Shown here: positions 21,302-32,103 of the stretch, piece after piece | How the letters are laid out: each line of letters starts with the position of its first letter | Position numbering within the stretch: position 1 is the first letter of the stretch | Source of the DNA: Candidatus Rokuibacteriota bacterium | GTDB taxonomy: Bacteria; Methylomirabilota; Methylomirabilia; Rokubacteriales; CSP1-6 | Assembly (NCBI GenBank): GCA_003221455.1 | Contig: QHRX01000024.1 | Coordinates: 1 to 62,706, forward strand | Length of the DNA stretch: 62,706 nucleotides | Direction of reading: 5' to 3' | Program-made: the position numbers and the translations under genes | The notes under the pieces: model-generated | Told to the model about the DNA's origin: nothing | Databases searched by the model: none | The model's input: the letters and a program-made list of their open reading frames with translations, nothing else

Positions 21302-22051
21302 GTGATGGCCCTCGACTGTCGAAGCACGGAGCAGCTCCAGGTCCTCGTCGTCGAGCCCAAGGACCTCGTCGCCGCTCGCCTGAAGGAGCAGCTCCAGAGC
21401 CTGGGTCACCGCGTCCTCGGACAGGCCCGGAACGGGCCAGAGGCGATCGCGGCTGCCCAGAGACTCCAGCCGAATCTCATCGTCATGGAGGAGAAGCTGC
21501 CCCGGTTCGACGGCATCCACACGGCGCGGGCGATCGTCACCGACCGGCCCGTGCCCGTGATCCTCCTGACCGATTATGCCGGCGCCGATCTTGTGCGACG
21601 GGCAAGGGAGGCGGGGGTCGTCGCATACCTTACGTCCGTCGACCGGAAGCGGCTCCTCTCGGCCATCGAAGTCGCGGTGGAGCGTTTCGGACAACTCCAG
21701 ATCCTCCGGAGGGAAGGGGGTGACCCGAGGGAAGCGTTGGAGACCGGAAGGCTGGTGGAGCGCGCCAAGAAGGTGCTGATCACGCGGCTCGGGTGCTCCG
21801 AGGCCGAGGCTTTCCGGCACATCCTCGAGCGCACGAGGAGCACGGATCGGACCCTTCGAGAGACCGCCTGGACGATCGTCAACGCCGAGGAGGTTCTGTC
21901 CAGGCTCGACTTCCCACGCTCCCTCCAGTTGATCGTAGGGGTTGTCCGCCGGGAGCCGCGGCGGAGCTCGGGACCGACCCCGTTCACAGGCGCCGAACCG
22001 GCGATGGCGCGCGGCGGCGCCCCGCCGAAAGGGGTCGGGCCAGCGCCCTAG
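21302..22051 (+). CDS. ANTAR-domain response regulator (AmiR/NasT/PdtaR-like)
   Basis: Receiver-like N-terminus followed by ANTAR motif LETGRLVERAKKVLITRLGCSEAEAFRHI. Confidence 0.85.
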   Translation: MMALDCRSTEQLQVLVVEPKDLVAARLKEQLQSLGHRVLGQARNGPEAIAAAQRLQPNLIVMEEKLPRFDGIHTARAIVTDRPVPVILLTDYAGADLVRRAREAGVVAYLTSVDRKRLLSAIEVAVERFGQLQILRREGGDPREALETGRLVERAKKVLITRLGCSEAEAFRHILERTRSTDRTLRETAWTIVNAEEVLSRLDFPRSLQLIVGVVRREPRRSSGPTPFTGAEPAMARGGAPPKGVGPAP

Positions 22052-22066
22052 GTCCGAGCCAGGCCG

Positions 22067-22372
22067 ATGGGATTCATCCCCCAATTCGTCTTGAGCATCC
22101 TCGGCGTGACGGAGGGGCGAGGCCCCGGCCCAGCGAGAATCCGCATGATCGTCCGCAGACCGTACGCCTACCTGGAGAGTCGCCTTCGCAGGGCATTTGA
22201 GGGGCGTGACGACGTCGATATCGTCTCCGATCGGCGCCGCGGCGAGCGCCGTGCGGGCGCCCGGCCCGCCCAGAAGGAGCGGCGGCAGGGCGAGCGACGG
22301 ATGACCAAGGGCCAGATGCTCGAGATCGTGATCGAGGGTGATCCGCTCACCATGCTCGTCCCACCTCATTGA
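22067..22372 (+). CDS. Small hypothetical protein with DRR/ERR repeats
   Basis: Contains VSDRRRGERRAGARPAQKERRQGERR; lies 15 nt after the ANTAR gene. Confidence 0.65.
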   Translation: MGFIPQFVLSILGVTEGRGPGPARIRMIVRRPYAYLESRLRRAFEGRDDVDIVSDRRRGERRAGARPAQKERRQGERRMTKGQMLEIVIEGDPLTMLVPPH

Positions 22373-22800
22373 GCGAGCGGCGGATGAGCGCCGCGCCGAG
22401 GCTCGTCGGCTTGGCGCGGCCGGCGCCATCGGATGAGCCCTGGTACGGAGACGAGAGACATCCCTGGCCCTGACCGGGCTGAGCGTCCATTTTCGGACCG
22501 TACCAGTCATTCCGCGAGTCGAGCGCTGTGACGCTGTCATACTCGCTCGAGTGCGTTTCTCCGGGGCGTGGAATGTCTGGCTCGTGTCCTCCCTGAAGCT
22601 CGGTGGTGAGGGCCGGGCCTTGGTCGGGAGCGCAAGGAGGGGCTTCCGTCGCGACCCCTCGGGGCGGCCGCGACGCCGGCGCGATCGAACCTCGACGAAA
22701 CTTGGACGGCGCGGGGCGCGCCCGGGAGGAGGTCGAGCGAGCGCTCGGCGGACAAGGCTTCCCGGTACGGGGCTGTGAGATTCACCGGCCGCCGCGGGTC

Positions 22801-23499
22801 TCAGCGGCGGGGCTGCACGAGCTCTTGGGCGAGGATGTTCGCCTTGTCCGCGAGCGTGGCCGCCCGCTGCAGGTCCTGGCGCTCGAGGGCCTCTCGCGCC
22901 TTCGCGAGGAAGCTCTGAATCGTCGAGTACGTCTCTGCCTGCTCCGGGGGCAAGGCCTTCCCGTCGAGCGGCCGGAGGAGCCCCTCCGTCGCGTCGAGTC
23001 GCGCCCGGGTCTCCCGGCTCAGCCGTTCGGCCGCCTCCGGGCTCACGTCGGGCGACAGGACGGGCGCGACGGGCGGCGCCACGGCCGCCGGGAGCTCGGC
23101 GCAGCACGCCAGGAGGGCGGCCGCGAGCTCGCTGGCCAGGAGGTGGGCCTTCTCCGCGAGCGCGGCCGCCCCCTGGAGGTCCCGGCGCTGGAGGGCATCC
23201 TTCGCCTTCGCGAGAAGGCTCTGGACGGTCGAGTACCTCTCCGCCTGCTCCGCGGGCACGACCTTGCCGTCGAGGGGCCGGAGGAGCCCCTCCGTCGCGT
23301 CGAGCCGCACCCGGGTCTCCCGGCTCAGCCGTTCGGCCGTCTCCGGGCTCGCCTCGGGGGGCCGGGGGGGCGCGACGGGCGCCGCCTTCTCGGCGGCGAG
23401 CTTCGGCGGCGCCACGACCGCCGGGAGCCCGGCGCAGGCGGCGAGGGACAGGGCGAACACCACGCACCAGACCGACCCCCTCAACGGTCCGCTCGGCAT
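22801..23499 (-). CDS. Lipoprotein with two tandem helical repeat units
   Basis: Lipobox LAAC; two copies of ERLSRETR.RLDATEGLLRPLDGK...LA.EL; follows the histidine kinase gene. Confidence 0.75.
   Translation of the reverse strand: MPSGPLRGSVWCVVFALSLAACAGLPAVVAPPKLAAEKAAPVAPPRPPEASPETAERLSRETRVRLDATEGLLRPLDGKVVPAEQAERYSTVQSLLAKAKDALQRRDLQGAAALAEKAHLLASELAAALLACCAELPAAVAPPVAPVLSPDVSPEAAERLSRETRARLDATEGLLRPLDGKALPPEQAETYSTIQSFLAKAREALERQDLQRAATLADKANILAQELVQPRR
22820..23440. repeat. Internal tandem duplication, period about 306 nt
   Basis: CCCCTCCGTCGCGTCGAG...CCGGGTCTCCCGGCTCAGCCGTTCGGCCG occurs at both 22981 and 23287. Confidence 0.9.
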
Positions 23500-23525
23500 T
23501 CCGGCATCGCCCACGGCGCCCTGCC

Positions 23526-25334
23526 CTACCGGACCGGGAGCTGAACGCTCACCGTGGTGCCGCGGCCGACCTCGGACGAGACGCCGATTGCGCCGTCGTG
23601 GAGCTGGACGATCCGGTAGGCGACGGCGAGCCCGATCCCGCTCCCCTCGGGCTTCGTCGTGTAGTAGAGCTTGAAGATCCTGTCGAGATCGGCGGGCGCG
23701 ATCCCGACGCCTTCGTCGGCGACGCGCACGATCACGGATCCGGGAACGGCCCGCTCGGTCGCGATCCGGACGGCGCCGCCGACGGGCATGGCCTGGCAGG
23801 CGTTCAGGACGATGTTCATCAGCGCCTGGTGGAGGAGCTCCTGATCGCCCGCGATGGCGGGGAGCGCCGGCTCGGCTTCGATCGCGAACCGCACGCCCGC
23901 GGGCCCCCACTCGGCCTCGAGGAGCGCGACCATGTCGCGGAGGACCGCGTTCAGGTCGACGGGCTTCAGATTCAGCTCCTGCGGTCGCAGAAACCGGAGG
24001 AAACCCTGGACGACCCGATCCAGTCTCCGGATCTCGCTGGCGATGATCTCGAGGTTCTCCTGCACCTCGCCGGGGGCGCCCCCGAGCCGCTCCCGGAGGA
24101 GCTCGAGATGGATCATCATGGCGTTGAGGGGATTCTTGACCTCGTGGGCAACGCCCGACGTGAGGCGGCCGAGCTCGGTCAGCTTGGCCGAGTAGCTGAT
24201 CAGCGACTGGAGCGTCTTCACCGACTCGAGATCCTTGAAGAGCGCGACGGCGCCGCGCGCCAGCCCGCCGTCCGTCACGAGGAAGCCGGAGGCGAGCAGC
24301 GCCCGGGGTCCACGCTCGGTCGGCACGACGACCGTCGCCTTGCGCACACCGGCCGGTTCGGCGAAGATCCGCTCCACCAGCGCCCGGCACGGGTGTGCCG
24401 GCTCCAGCACCTCGTCCAGGCGCGCGCCCACGGCCTGCTCGAGGGGCCGCCCCACGATCGCCTCGCTCGCCTTGTTGAAGAAGAGGATCCGGCGCTCGTC
24501 ATTGAGGAAGATGATCGCGTCCTCCAGGCCGTCGACGACCTGCTGGAGATGGGCTCGCTCGCTGAGCATCTGCAGGCGCTCGGACTGCAGCTGCTGCCCG
24601 AGGAGTTGGAGGCCCCCGGCCAGGTCGCCGAGCTCGTCGCCCGCCTCGAGGGCGGCGCCGACGTTGAACTCGCCCTGCCGGAGGCGGCTCATCTCGCGGA
24701 CGAGGATCCGGACCGGGCGCAGGAGCACGTTGGCGAGACCGATCGCCACGAGCGATGCCACCGCGAGGGCGAGGCCCGCGAGCGCCAGGCTTCCTTTGAG
24801 GGCGGCGGTGAGCTCTGAGCGGAGCAGGCTCGAGGAGACGCCCAGCCGGATGCTTCCGAACGGCGCCCCGTTCAGCGCGAGGGGGAGGACCGCCTCCCAG
24901 ACGCCGCCCCCGCCGTAGCCGTAGAGGATGCGGAGCCGGCGGACGGGGCCGGCCGAGACCAGGGTGCGAAGGTCCGACCGCTCGGGGGCGACCGACCCCT
25001 CCTTGTCGCGCTCGCTGTGCAGGATCACCCGTCCGGCGCCGTCGGCGATCAGCGCGTAGACGAGGTAGGGCGAGTAGCCGACGCTCGCTTCGAGCAGGCT
25101 CTGGAGCTCCGGCTCCGGCTGGAGCTCCCCGCCGGACGGGCGGCGCCGGGCCCGCGCCAGCGACTGACCGGTCTGGGCGTAGATCTGCTTCGCGATCAGC
25201 TCGGCTTGCTGGGCCGCGTTCTCGACGACCACCCGGGTCAGCTGGGCCAGGTGGACGAGGGTCGCGCTGGTCACCACGACGAACGTCAGCGCGACGATCC
25301 CGACCACCTCTTTGGTCCGCAGGCCCCAGCGCAT
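23526..25334 (-). CDS. Membrane sensor histidine kinase (periplasmic domain, HAMP, PAS; NtrB-like)
   Basis: Two TM segments, H-box GVAHEVKNPLN, N-box NIVLNA, and DEGVGI and GSGIGL motifs. Confidence 0.93.
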   Translation of the reverse strand: MRWGLRTKEVVGIVALTFVVVTSATLVHLAQLTRVVVENAAQQAELIAKQIYAQTGQSLARARRRPSGGELQPEPELQSLLEASVGYSPYLVYALIADGAGRVILHSERDKEGSVAPERSDLRTLVSAGPVRRLRILYGYGGGGVWEAVLPLALNGAPFGSIRLGVSSSLLRSELTAALKGSLALAGLALAVASLVAIGLANVLLRPVRILVREMSRLRQGEFNVGAALEAGDELGDLAGGLQLLGQQLQSERLQMLSERAHLQQVVDGLEDAIIFLNDERRILFFNKASEAIVGRPLEQAVGARLDEVLEPAHPCRALVERIFAEPAGVRKATVVVPTERGPRALLASGFLVTDGGLARGAVALFKDLESVKTLQSLISYSAKLTELGRLTSGVAHEVKNPLNAMMIHLELLRERLGGAPGEVQENLEIIASEIRRLDRVVQGFLRFLRPQELNLKPVDLNAVLRDMVALLEAEWGPAGVRFAIEAEPALPAIAGDQELLHQALMNIVLNACQAMPVGGAVRIATERAVPGSVIVRVADEGVGIAPADLDRIFKLYYTTKPEGSGIGLAVAYRIVQLHDGAIGVSSEVGRGTTVSVQLPVR

Positions 25335-25336
25335 CG

Positions 25337-26692
<1,356 letters not shown>

Positions 26693-26764
26693 CCGCCCAA
26701 CCTTAACCAACGCGCGGGCCCGGGTCCACTACCGAATCGAGGCGACGATTCCTCGGCCGTCCCA

Positions 26765-26793
26765 TTGACAGGGGCGCCCGCGGGTGTGATTCT
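26765..26793 (+). promoter_or_regulatory. Sigma-70 promoter candidate for sixA
   Basis: TTGACA-N17-GATTCT with a TG extension; the GTG start is 9 nt downstream and has no RBS. Confidence 0.5.
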
Positions 26794-26802
26794 CCAAGCC
26801 GC

Positions 26803-27306
26803 GTGAGGCTGATCCTGATCCGCCACGCCGATGCCGGTGACCCCGATCCGCGGCGTTACCCGGATGATCGCTCGCGCCCGCTCACGCCTGACGGGGAACG
26901 CCAGCACCGGCTGATCGCCGACGGCCTCGCCCGCATGGGGCTCACGGCGACCCATGTCCTCACGAGCCCGCTCCGCCGCGCCCGCGAGACCGCCGAGATC
27001 ACCGCGCGGGCGTTGGGTTTCTTGGGCGCGATCGAACCGGTGGCGGCGCTGGGGGACGACGTCGCGGCGCCGGGCCTGCTCGAGAGGTTCGCGCGGTACC
27101 CAGGCGACGCCGTCGTCGTGTGCGTGGGGCACGAGCCGCAGCTCTCGCGGCTCGCCGCCATCCTGCTCCATCCCGACGGGACGATCGGGATCGCGCTCTC
27201 CCGGAGCGGCGTCCTGGCACTCGAGTGCGCGACGACCCCCGCGCCCGGCGCCGCGCGCCTCCTCTACCTCCTCCCGCCGCGGGAGCTCCTCCGGCTCTTG
27301 GGCTAG
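26803..27306 (+). CDS. sixA: Phosphohistidine phosphatase SixA
   Basis: Motifs LIRHADA, RPLTPDG, TSPLRRARETA and VGHEP. Confidence 0.85.
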   Translation: MRLILIRHADAGDPDPRRYPDDRSRPLTPDGERQHRLIADGLARMGLTATHVLTSPLRRARETAEITARALGFLGAIEPVAALGDDVAAPGLLERFARYPGDAVVVCVGHEPQLSRLAAILLHPDGTIGIALSRSGVLALECATTPAPGAARLLYLLPPRELLRLLG

Positions 27307-27810
27307 CCGCTGCGGCCAGGCGCGGCTCGACGCGGAGGGCGCGGCCGCGCCCGGGAGCTACGGCATGAGCGGGGTGCGGGGTCGCGGGTCTGGGCCCCGC
27401 ACGGCGGGTCCGGCCCGAGGCGCGTGTCCACCGCGAGAGGTGAATCGACGATCCCCCCGTCGGGAACCCAGATCTTGACTCGACAGGGCTTGACAACGGC
27501 CCGGCGCGTGGCCCAAAGTCTCCGCTACCGTACGGACCATATTGATCTCGACGGGGTCGACAGTGCCCCTTGCAGGATTCGAGGAGAGGGCTTCCTCGGA
27601 CGGCCACTCGGTTGGTCGCGGGGATTGCCGTGCCCGCGCGGCCGGACGCCGGCGCCCCTCCGCGCGCGCGTCTCGCGGGCCGCCGGCTCGCGCCCGCGCC
27701 CCAGCTCGTCGTGGATCGCTCCCGGCATCTCGCCACGCCCAAAGGGACGCGAGCCATCTCTTTTCTAGCGGGCACTGAGTCGAAGCGGGTCTCGAGGCGA
27801 AGGAGGAACC

Positions 27811-29514
27811 ATGGACCGATTCTGGAGAACGATCGCGATCGCGGGCGTGCTGTTACTGTCCCTCATCAGCGTTGCGGGTCAGGCGCAGGCCGACCAGGCA
27901 AAGGGGAGTGGGGTCACGGACGTCATGCTCGCCGCCGACCCCGGCGAATCCTGGCTGCATACGAACGGCAACTGGGCCGCGCAACGCTTCAGCACGCTGG
28001 CCCAGCTGAACCCGAGCAATGTGAAGAACCTGAAGGTCGCCTGGATCTTCTCCCCCGGGGGGAAGACCGACGCCATGGCCACGCCGCTCTACCACGACGG
28101 GCTCGTCTACTTCCCGCAGGACAACAAGGTCTTTGCGCTCGACGCCAACACCGGGCGAGTGGTGTGGAAGTACGAGCACAAGCTGCCCGACGACTGGGGC
28201 GGCTACAACGTGCCCTTCTTCACCGGCAAGCATCGCGGCGTGGCGATCTACGGCGAGTACATCTACTTCCTGTCGAATGACGCCAAGCTGCACGCGATCC
28301 ACTACAAGACCGGTCAGGCGAAGTTCGTAAAGGCGTACTCCGACTTCCCCTACCCGAAGGACTTCGCCAAGGCCGCGGACGCCAACGGCTATTGCACCAC
28401 CGTCGGTCCGCTCGCGGTACCCGGCACGATCATCGTACCGATGAACGCCACCGACACCGGCGGGCTTCCGGGGTACGTGATCGGCGTGAACCCCGACAAC
28501 GGCGACATCAAGTGGAAGGCCAACATGATCCCGGCGCCGGGCGAGCCGGGCGCCGAGACCTGGCCGGGTGACAGCGCCCAGTGGGGCGGGGCTGGCCCCT
28601 GGATCACCGGCTCCTGGGACCCAGACCTGAGGATGTACTTCACGGGCACCGCCAACGCCTACCCGTGGAATCCCTCGACCCGGGGCGGCGGCAAGGCGGA
28701 CAACGTCGGGGCCGCGAGTGTGGTGGCGGTCGACACCGACGGCGGCAAGGTGGTCTGGCGCTATCAGGCCGTCCCCGGTGACCCCTGGGACTTCGACGTG
28801 CCGCAGACGCCAATTCTCGTGAATATCGACGGCACGACGACGGTCGTGCACCCGAACAAGACCGGCTTCATCCACTATCTGGACGCGAAGAGCGGGAAGT
28901 TTCTGAAGGCGCTCCGCTTCGCGGACAAGATCAACTGGATCAAGGGGTACGACGAGAACGGGCGGCCGGTTGGGCAGCTCGATCTCCCCGCGGTGGCGGG
29001 CCCGACGGTCGAAGTGTGGCCGAGCCTTCTCGGCGGCGTGAACATGTATCCCAACGCCTACAGTCCCAAGACGGGCCTGATTTACCTCGCGGCCCGAAAC
29101 CTGGGGATGAAGTACGGCTTCGAGGAGATCAAGGTCATCAGCAACGTCCGGCACTTCGGCGCCTACCAGGAGTTCATCTGGGGGTACGAGGTGGACGAAG
29201 CCAGAGACGTCCGAACGGGCCGGGAAGTCTGGCGAGATCAGAAGTCGAAGGACGGCTATGCCGGGGGGATGCTCACCACGGCGGGCAACCTGGTCTTCTA
29301 CACGAGCCAGAACGGGGCGTTCCAGGCCATGAACGCCACGACGGGCGAGATTCTCTACTCCCTCAATCTGGGCACGACGCCCAAGGCCGGCCCGATCACC
29401 TTCCTGCATAACGGCAAGCAGATGGTCGTCCAAGCCCTCGGCGGGGTGCCGGGCTTCGGATACGAAGGACACAATCTGGAGTTCGGCAGCGTGGTCGTCG
29501 GGTTCTCCGAGTAA
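27811..29514 (+). CDS. Periplasmic PQQ-dependent dehydrogenase (alcohol dehydrogenase fold, divergent)
   Basis: Signal peptide; QRFSTLAQLNPSNVKNLKVAW; Trp-docking repeats; GAGPW, WDFD and GGMLTTAGNLVF motifs; RBS AGGAGG. Confidence 0.9.
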   Translation: MDRFWRTIAIAGVLLLSLISVAGQAQADQAKGSGVTDVMLAADPGESWLHTNGNWAAQRFSTLAQLNPSNVKNLKVAWIFSPGGKTDAMATPLYHDGLVYFPQDNKVFALDANTGRVVWKYEHKLPDDWGGYNVPFFTGKHRGVAIYGEYIYFLSNDAKLHAIHYKTGQAKFVKAYSDFPYPKDFAKAADANGYCTTVGPLAVPGTIIVPMNATDTGGLPGYVIGVNPDNGDIKWKANMIPAPGEPGAETWPGDSAQWGGAGPWITGSWDPDLRMYFTGTANAYPWNPSTRGGGKADNVGAASVVAVDTDGGKVVWRYQAVPGDPWDFDVPQTPILVNIDGTTTVVHPNKTGFIHYLDAKSGKFLKALRFADKINWIKGYDENGRPVGQLDLPAVAGPTVEVWPSLLGGVNMYPNAYSPKTGLIYLAARNLGMKYGFEEIKVISNVRHFGAYQEFIWGYEVDEARDVRTGREVWRDQKSKDGYAGGMLTTAGNLVFYTSQNGAFQAMNATTGEILYSLNLGTTPKAGPITFLHNGKQMVVQALGGVPGFGYEGHNLEFGSVVVGFSE

Positions 29515-29661
29515 GCGAACTCGTCGCGGGAGCGTGGGCGGGCGGAGGCCGCGCGGATTTCCTCGCGCGGACCTCTTCCCGCCCACGGCGCGACGGCGGA
29601 CGCGGGGGGAGCCTGCCCCCCACGGGCGGGTCAAGCGATGAAACGGGAAAAGGGTCTAGCG

Positions 29662-30084
29662 ATGGGGCGAATCGCTTTGTGGGTTGCGCTGGGAACTGTT
29701 CTGGCGCTGCTCGTCGTGGATGGATCGCTGCCTGGGGTCGGCCACGGCGCGCGCGCCGACTCCGACATACCCGGGACAAACCCGCTCTCGGGCGATCAGA
29801 AGGCGATCGCGGAAGGCCGTTCCTGGTTCCGGGCGACCTGTAGCGTCTGCCACGGGGGGCGGGCGGACGGCGCGGGCGAGCGCGGGCAGGGCGCCGACCT
29901 CAGGGTCTTCAGCAAGGGGTTCCGGAGGTTCGTGGAGACGGTCAAGAACGGCAAGGATACCGGCCGCACGATGAAGATGCCCGCGTGGGGGCGGGTCCTG
30001 TCTGAGCAGCAGATCTACCAGATCGGCGCCTACCTGGAGACGCTGGCCCTCGAAGGGGCGAACTGGAAGGCGCCCGCCCAGTAA
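29662..30084 (+). CDS. Monoheme c-type cytochrome
   Basis: Signal peptide, CSVCH heme motif and KMPAW axial Met. Alternative start at 29638. Confidence 0.9.
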   Translation: MGRIALWVALGTVLALLVVDGSLPGVGHGARADSDIPGTNPLSGDQKAIAEGRSWFRATCSVCHGGRADGAGERGQGADLRVFSKGFRRFVETVKNGKDTGRTMKMPAWGRVLSEQQIYQIGAYLETLALEGANWKAPAQ

Positions 30085-30142
30085 TCCGTGGGCCTGGCGG
30101 CTCGCCGGGCCGGGGACGGCCCGCGCCGCCTGCGCCGCGCCA

Positions 30143-30703
30143 TCACTCCGAGTCGCCCTGGCCCCCCTCGCTCGCGGGCCGCTGTTTTTTCCCGACCCTC
30201 CGCAGCGTCAACGTCCGGTCGGCGTCGTGCCAGCTCTCGGCCTCATCGCTCGCGGCACCGTCGAGCGCGGGCCCGCTGTACTGGATGGCGATTTCGGGCC
30301 GCTCCAAGTCCACCCTCCCCCGCATCGGGCGCGTCCACTCGACTCCGTGCTGGTGGGGGACCCGCCGGTAGAGGGACACCTCGCCGTTCAGGACATCGCC
30401 GTCGATCGTGCCGGAGAACTCGCTCACCCGAGGCGAGTAGCGCTCCGCCAGCCCCCGGGGAGACACGATGACCAGCTCGCCGACCGCGACGACGCGGTTG
30501 CCGGTGAGCGAGATGTCGTACCGCGTGACGTACCGCCATCCGTGGATCGTCGCGTCCAATGCCAGCCAGGTCCCCTCGAGTCGCTGGAGCCCTGCGACGG
30601 CGGACGGCTCAGCCGCGAACCCCGCGAGGGGACTCGGGAGCGCCAGGCCGACGACCCCGAGGAGAAGCCACCCCGCCGCCCGACGCACTCGCCCGCTCAT
30701 CAT
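30143..30703 (-). CDS. Hypothetical secreted beta-rich protein
   Basis: RBS GAGAGG; signal-like RRAAGWLLLGVVGLALP; LEGTW followed by beta-strand patterns. Confidence 0.6.
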   Translation of the reverse strand: MMSGRVRRAAGWLLLGVVGLALPSPLAGFAAEPSAVAGLQRLEGTWLALDATIHGWRYVTRYDISLTGNRVVAVGELVIVSPRGLAERYSPRVSEFSGTIDGDVLNGEVSLYRRVPHQHGVEWTRPMRGRVDLERPEIAIQYSGPALDGAASDEAESWHDADRTLTLRRVGKKQRPASEGGQGDSE

Positions 30704-31031
30704 CGTCCGTACCTCTCGGCGTCCGGAGAAAGGGCGCCACTCACGGCGCCGGCACCGGCTGGCCGCGCTGTCGAATCCGCCGCGCCCGGGGGGGGGCGGC
30801 GGCACCGCGTCGGCCCGCGCCCGGCCCCGATACGCCCGGACCGAATGACCCGGATGGGCGGCACGAAAAATAGCAGCCGGGCTACGGAGAGGCAAGCCAT
30901 GATTTGCCGCAGGCGCCCGCCCGCCGTCGAGATCCTGTGGCCACGCCGGCGGTCAGCGGCAGGTACGACTCGACGCGCTCGGCTCGAACGGACGCGAGGC
31001 TCGGGTGCGGGTCCAGGGCGATCGGCACCCG

Positions 31032-31862
31032 TCAGAGCCGCCAGCCGATCCACTCGGCGGTCGCACGCCCCATGATCCACTCGCGGTCCCCTCGGGAGAG
31101 AAAGTCGAGCGCGTCGGTAAAGAGGCGGATGGCGTCCGCGTAGGGACAGGTGAGGCGGGAGTAATCCGTGCCCCAGAGCATGCGCCGGGAGCCGAAGGCC
31201 TCGTAGATGCGGCGAACGTGCGAGTGGAGCCGCGGGAACGGGTAGGGCTCGCTCGAGTAGCACGGGAGCGCCGAGACTTTGGCCGCGACGGCCGGGTACT
31301 TCGCGAGCGCCAGGACCTGGTCGAGGTCCTCGAACGCGGCATCGTCCTTCAGCGCACCCGGCCGCGCGAGATGATCGAGGATCAGTCGGAGCCGGGGGTG
31401 TCGGGCGGCGATCGGGGCGAGGGCCGGGGCCTGCCCCGGCACGAATACCATCAGCGGGACCCCCGCCTGTTCCGCCGCCGCCCAAAACCAGTCGAGCGAG
31501 CCGTCGCCGAGCCAGGCCTGCCAGAGGGGCAGATGGAAAGTCAAGCGGATGCCGAGCATGCCGGGCTCGGAGAGCCAGTGCCGGAGCCGGCCCTCGGCGC
31601 CCGGCGCCGTCGGGTCGAATCGGCCCATCACGGCGAACCGGTCCGGATGAGCCCTGGCGGCAGTCAGCGCGTCAGAGTTGTCGTCGCCGATCCACGACGG
31701 CGGCACCAGTACGGCCCGTGCGACGCCGGCGCCGTCCATCACGCGAAGGACCTCCTCCGCGCTGAGCGAGCGTCCGTGGGCGTAGGCCGCCCGGCCCGGG
31801 GGCCAGGGACGACTCGGTGTGTCGGGATTCCAGACGTGAATCTGGGCATCAATGATCGTCAT
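31032..31862 (-). CDS. Amidohydrolase_2 family protein (lactonase-like)
   Basis: Motifs IIDAQIHVW, LDHLA and MLWGTDY; RBS GAGGAG. Confidence 0.88.
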   Translation of the reverse strand: MTIIDAQIHVWNPDTPSRPWPPGRAAYAHGRSLSAEEVLRVMDGAGVARAVLVPPSWIGDDNSDALTAARAHPDRFAVMGRFDPTAPGAEGRLRHWLSEPGMLGIRLTFHLPLWQAWLGDGSLDWFWAAAEQAGVPLMVFVPGQAPALAPIAARHPRLRLILDHLARPGALKDDAAFEDLDQVLALAKYPAVAAKVSALPCYSSEPYPFPRLHSHVRRIYEAFGSRRMLWGTDYSRLTCPYADAIRLFTDALDFLSRGDREWIMGRATAEWIGWRL

Positions 31863-32103
31863 GGCGTCGTCTCCTCGGCGCGACGCGCCGTGCCGCCCCT
31901 GTCGAATCGCCAGTCCCCGCGGCGACCCGACCAATCGGCCTCGAACTCGGTCCGGCACGAAACAGCGACGTCTCCTCCGTCCGAGCGCGCGCCGAGCCCG
32001 GCCGCGGCGGGTCCTGGCAATCGACCGACGGGGCCCAGCGTCAGCGTGAATGGCGCGACCGCGTGGGACACCGGTCGTCGAACAGTCTCGTGTCGCCTGC
32101 CGC

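Noticed and set aside
22820-23440. Direct repeats considered as a CRISPR array or mobile-element ends
   Set aside because: Only two in-frame coding copies about 306 nt apart, with no spacers and no cas or transposase genes.
27307-27810. 500-bp leader of the PQQ dehydrogenase as a riboswitch or pqqA-like peptide locus
   Set aside because: A TTGACA is present at 27490, but I saw no recognisable aptamer and no ExxxY-type short ORF.
27811-29514. Calling the quinoprotein xoxF or mxaF
   Set aside because: It lacks the vicinal Cys-Cys and several methanol dehydrogenase active-site motifs, and no xoxJ or mxaI is adjacent.
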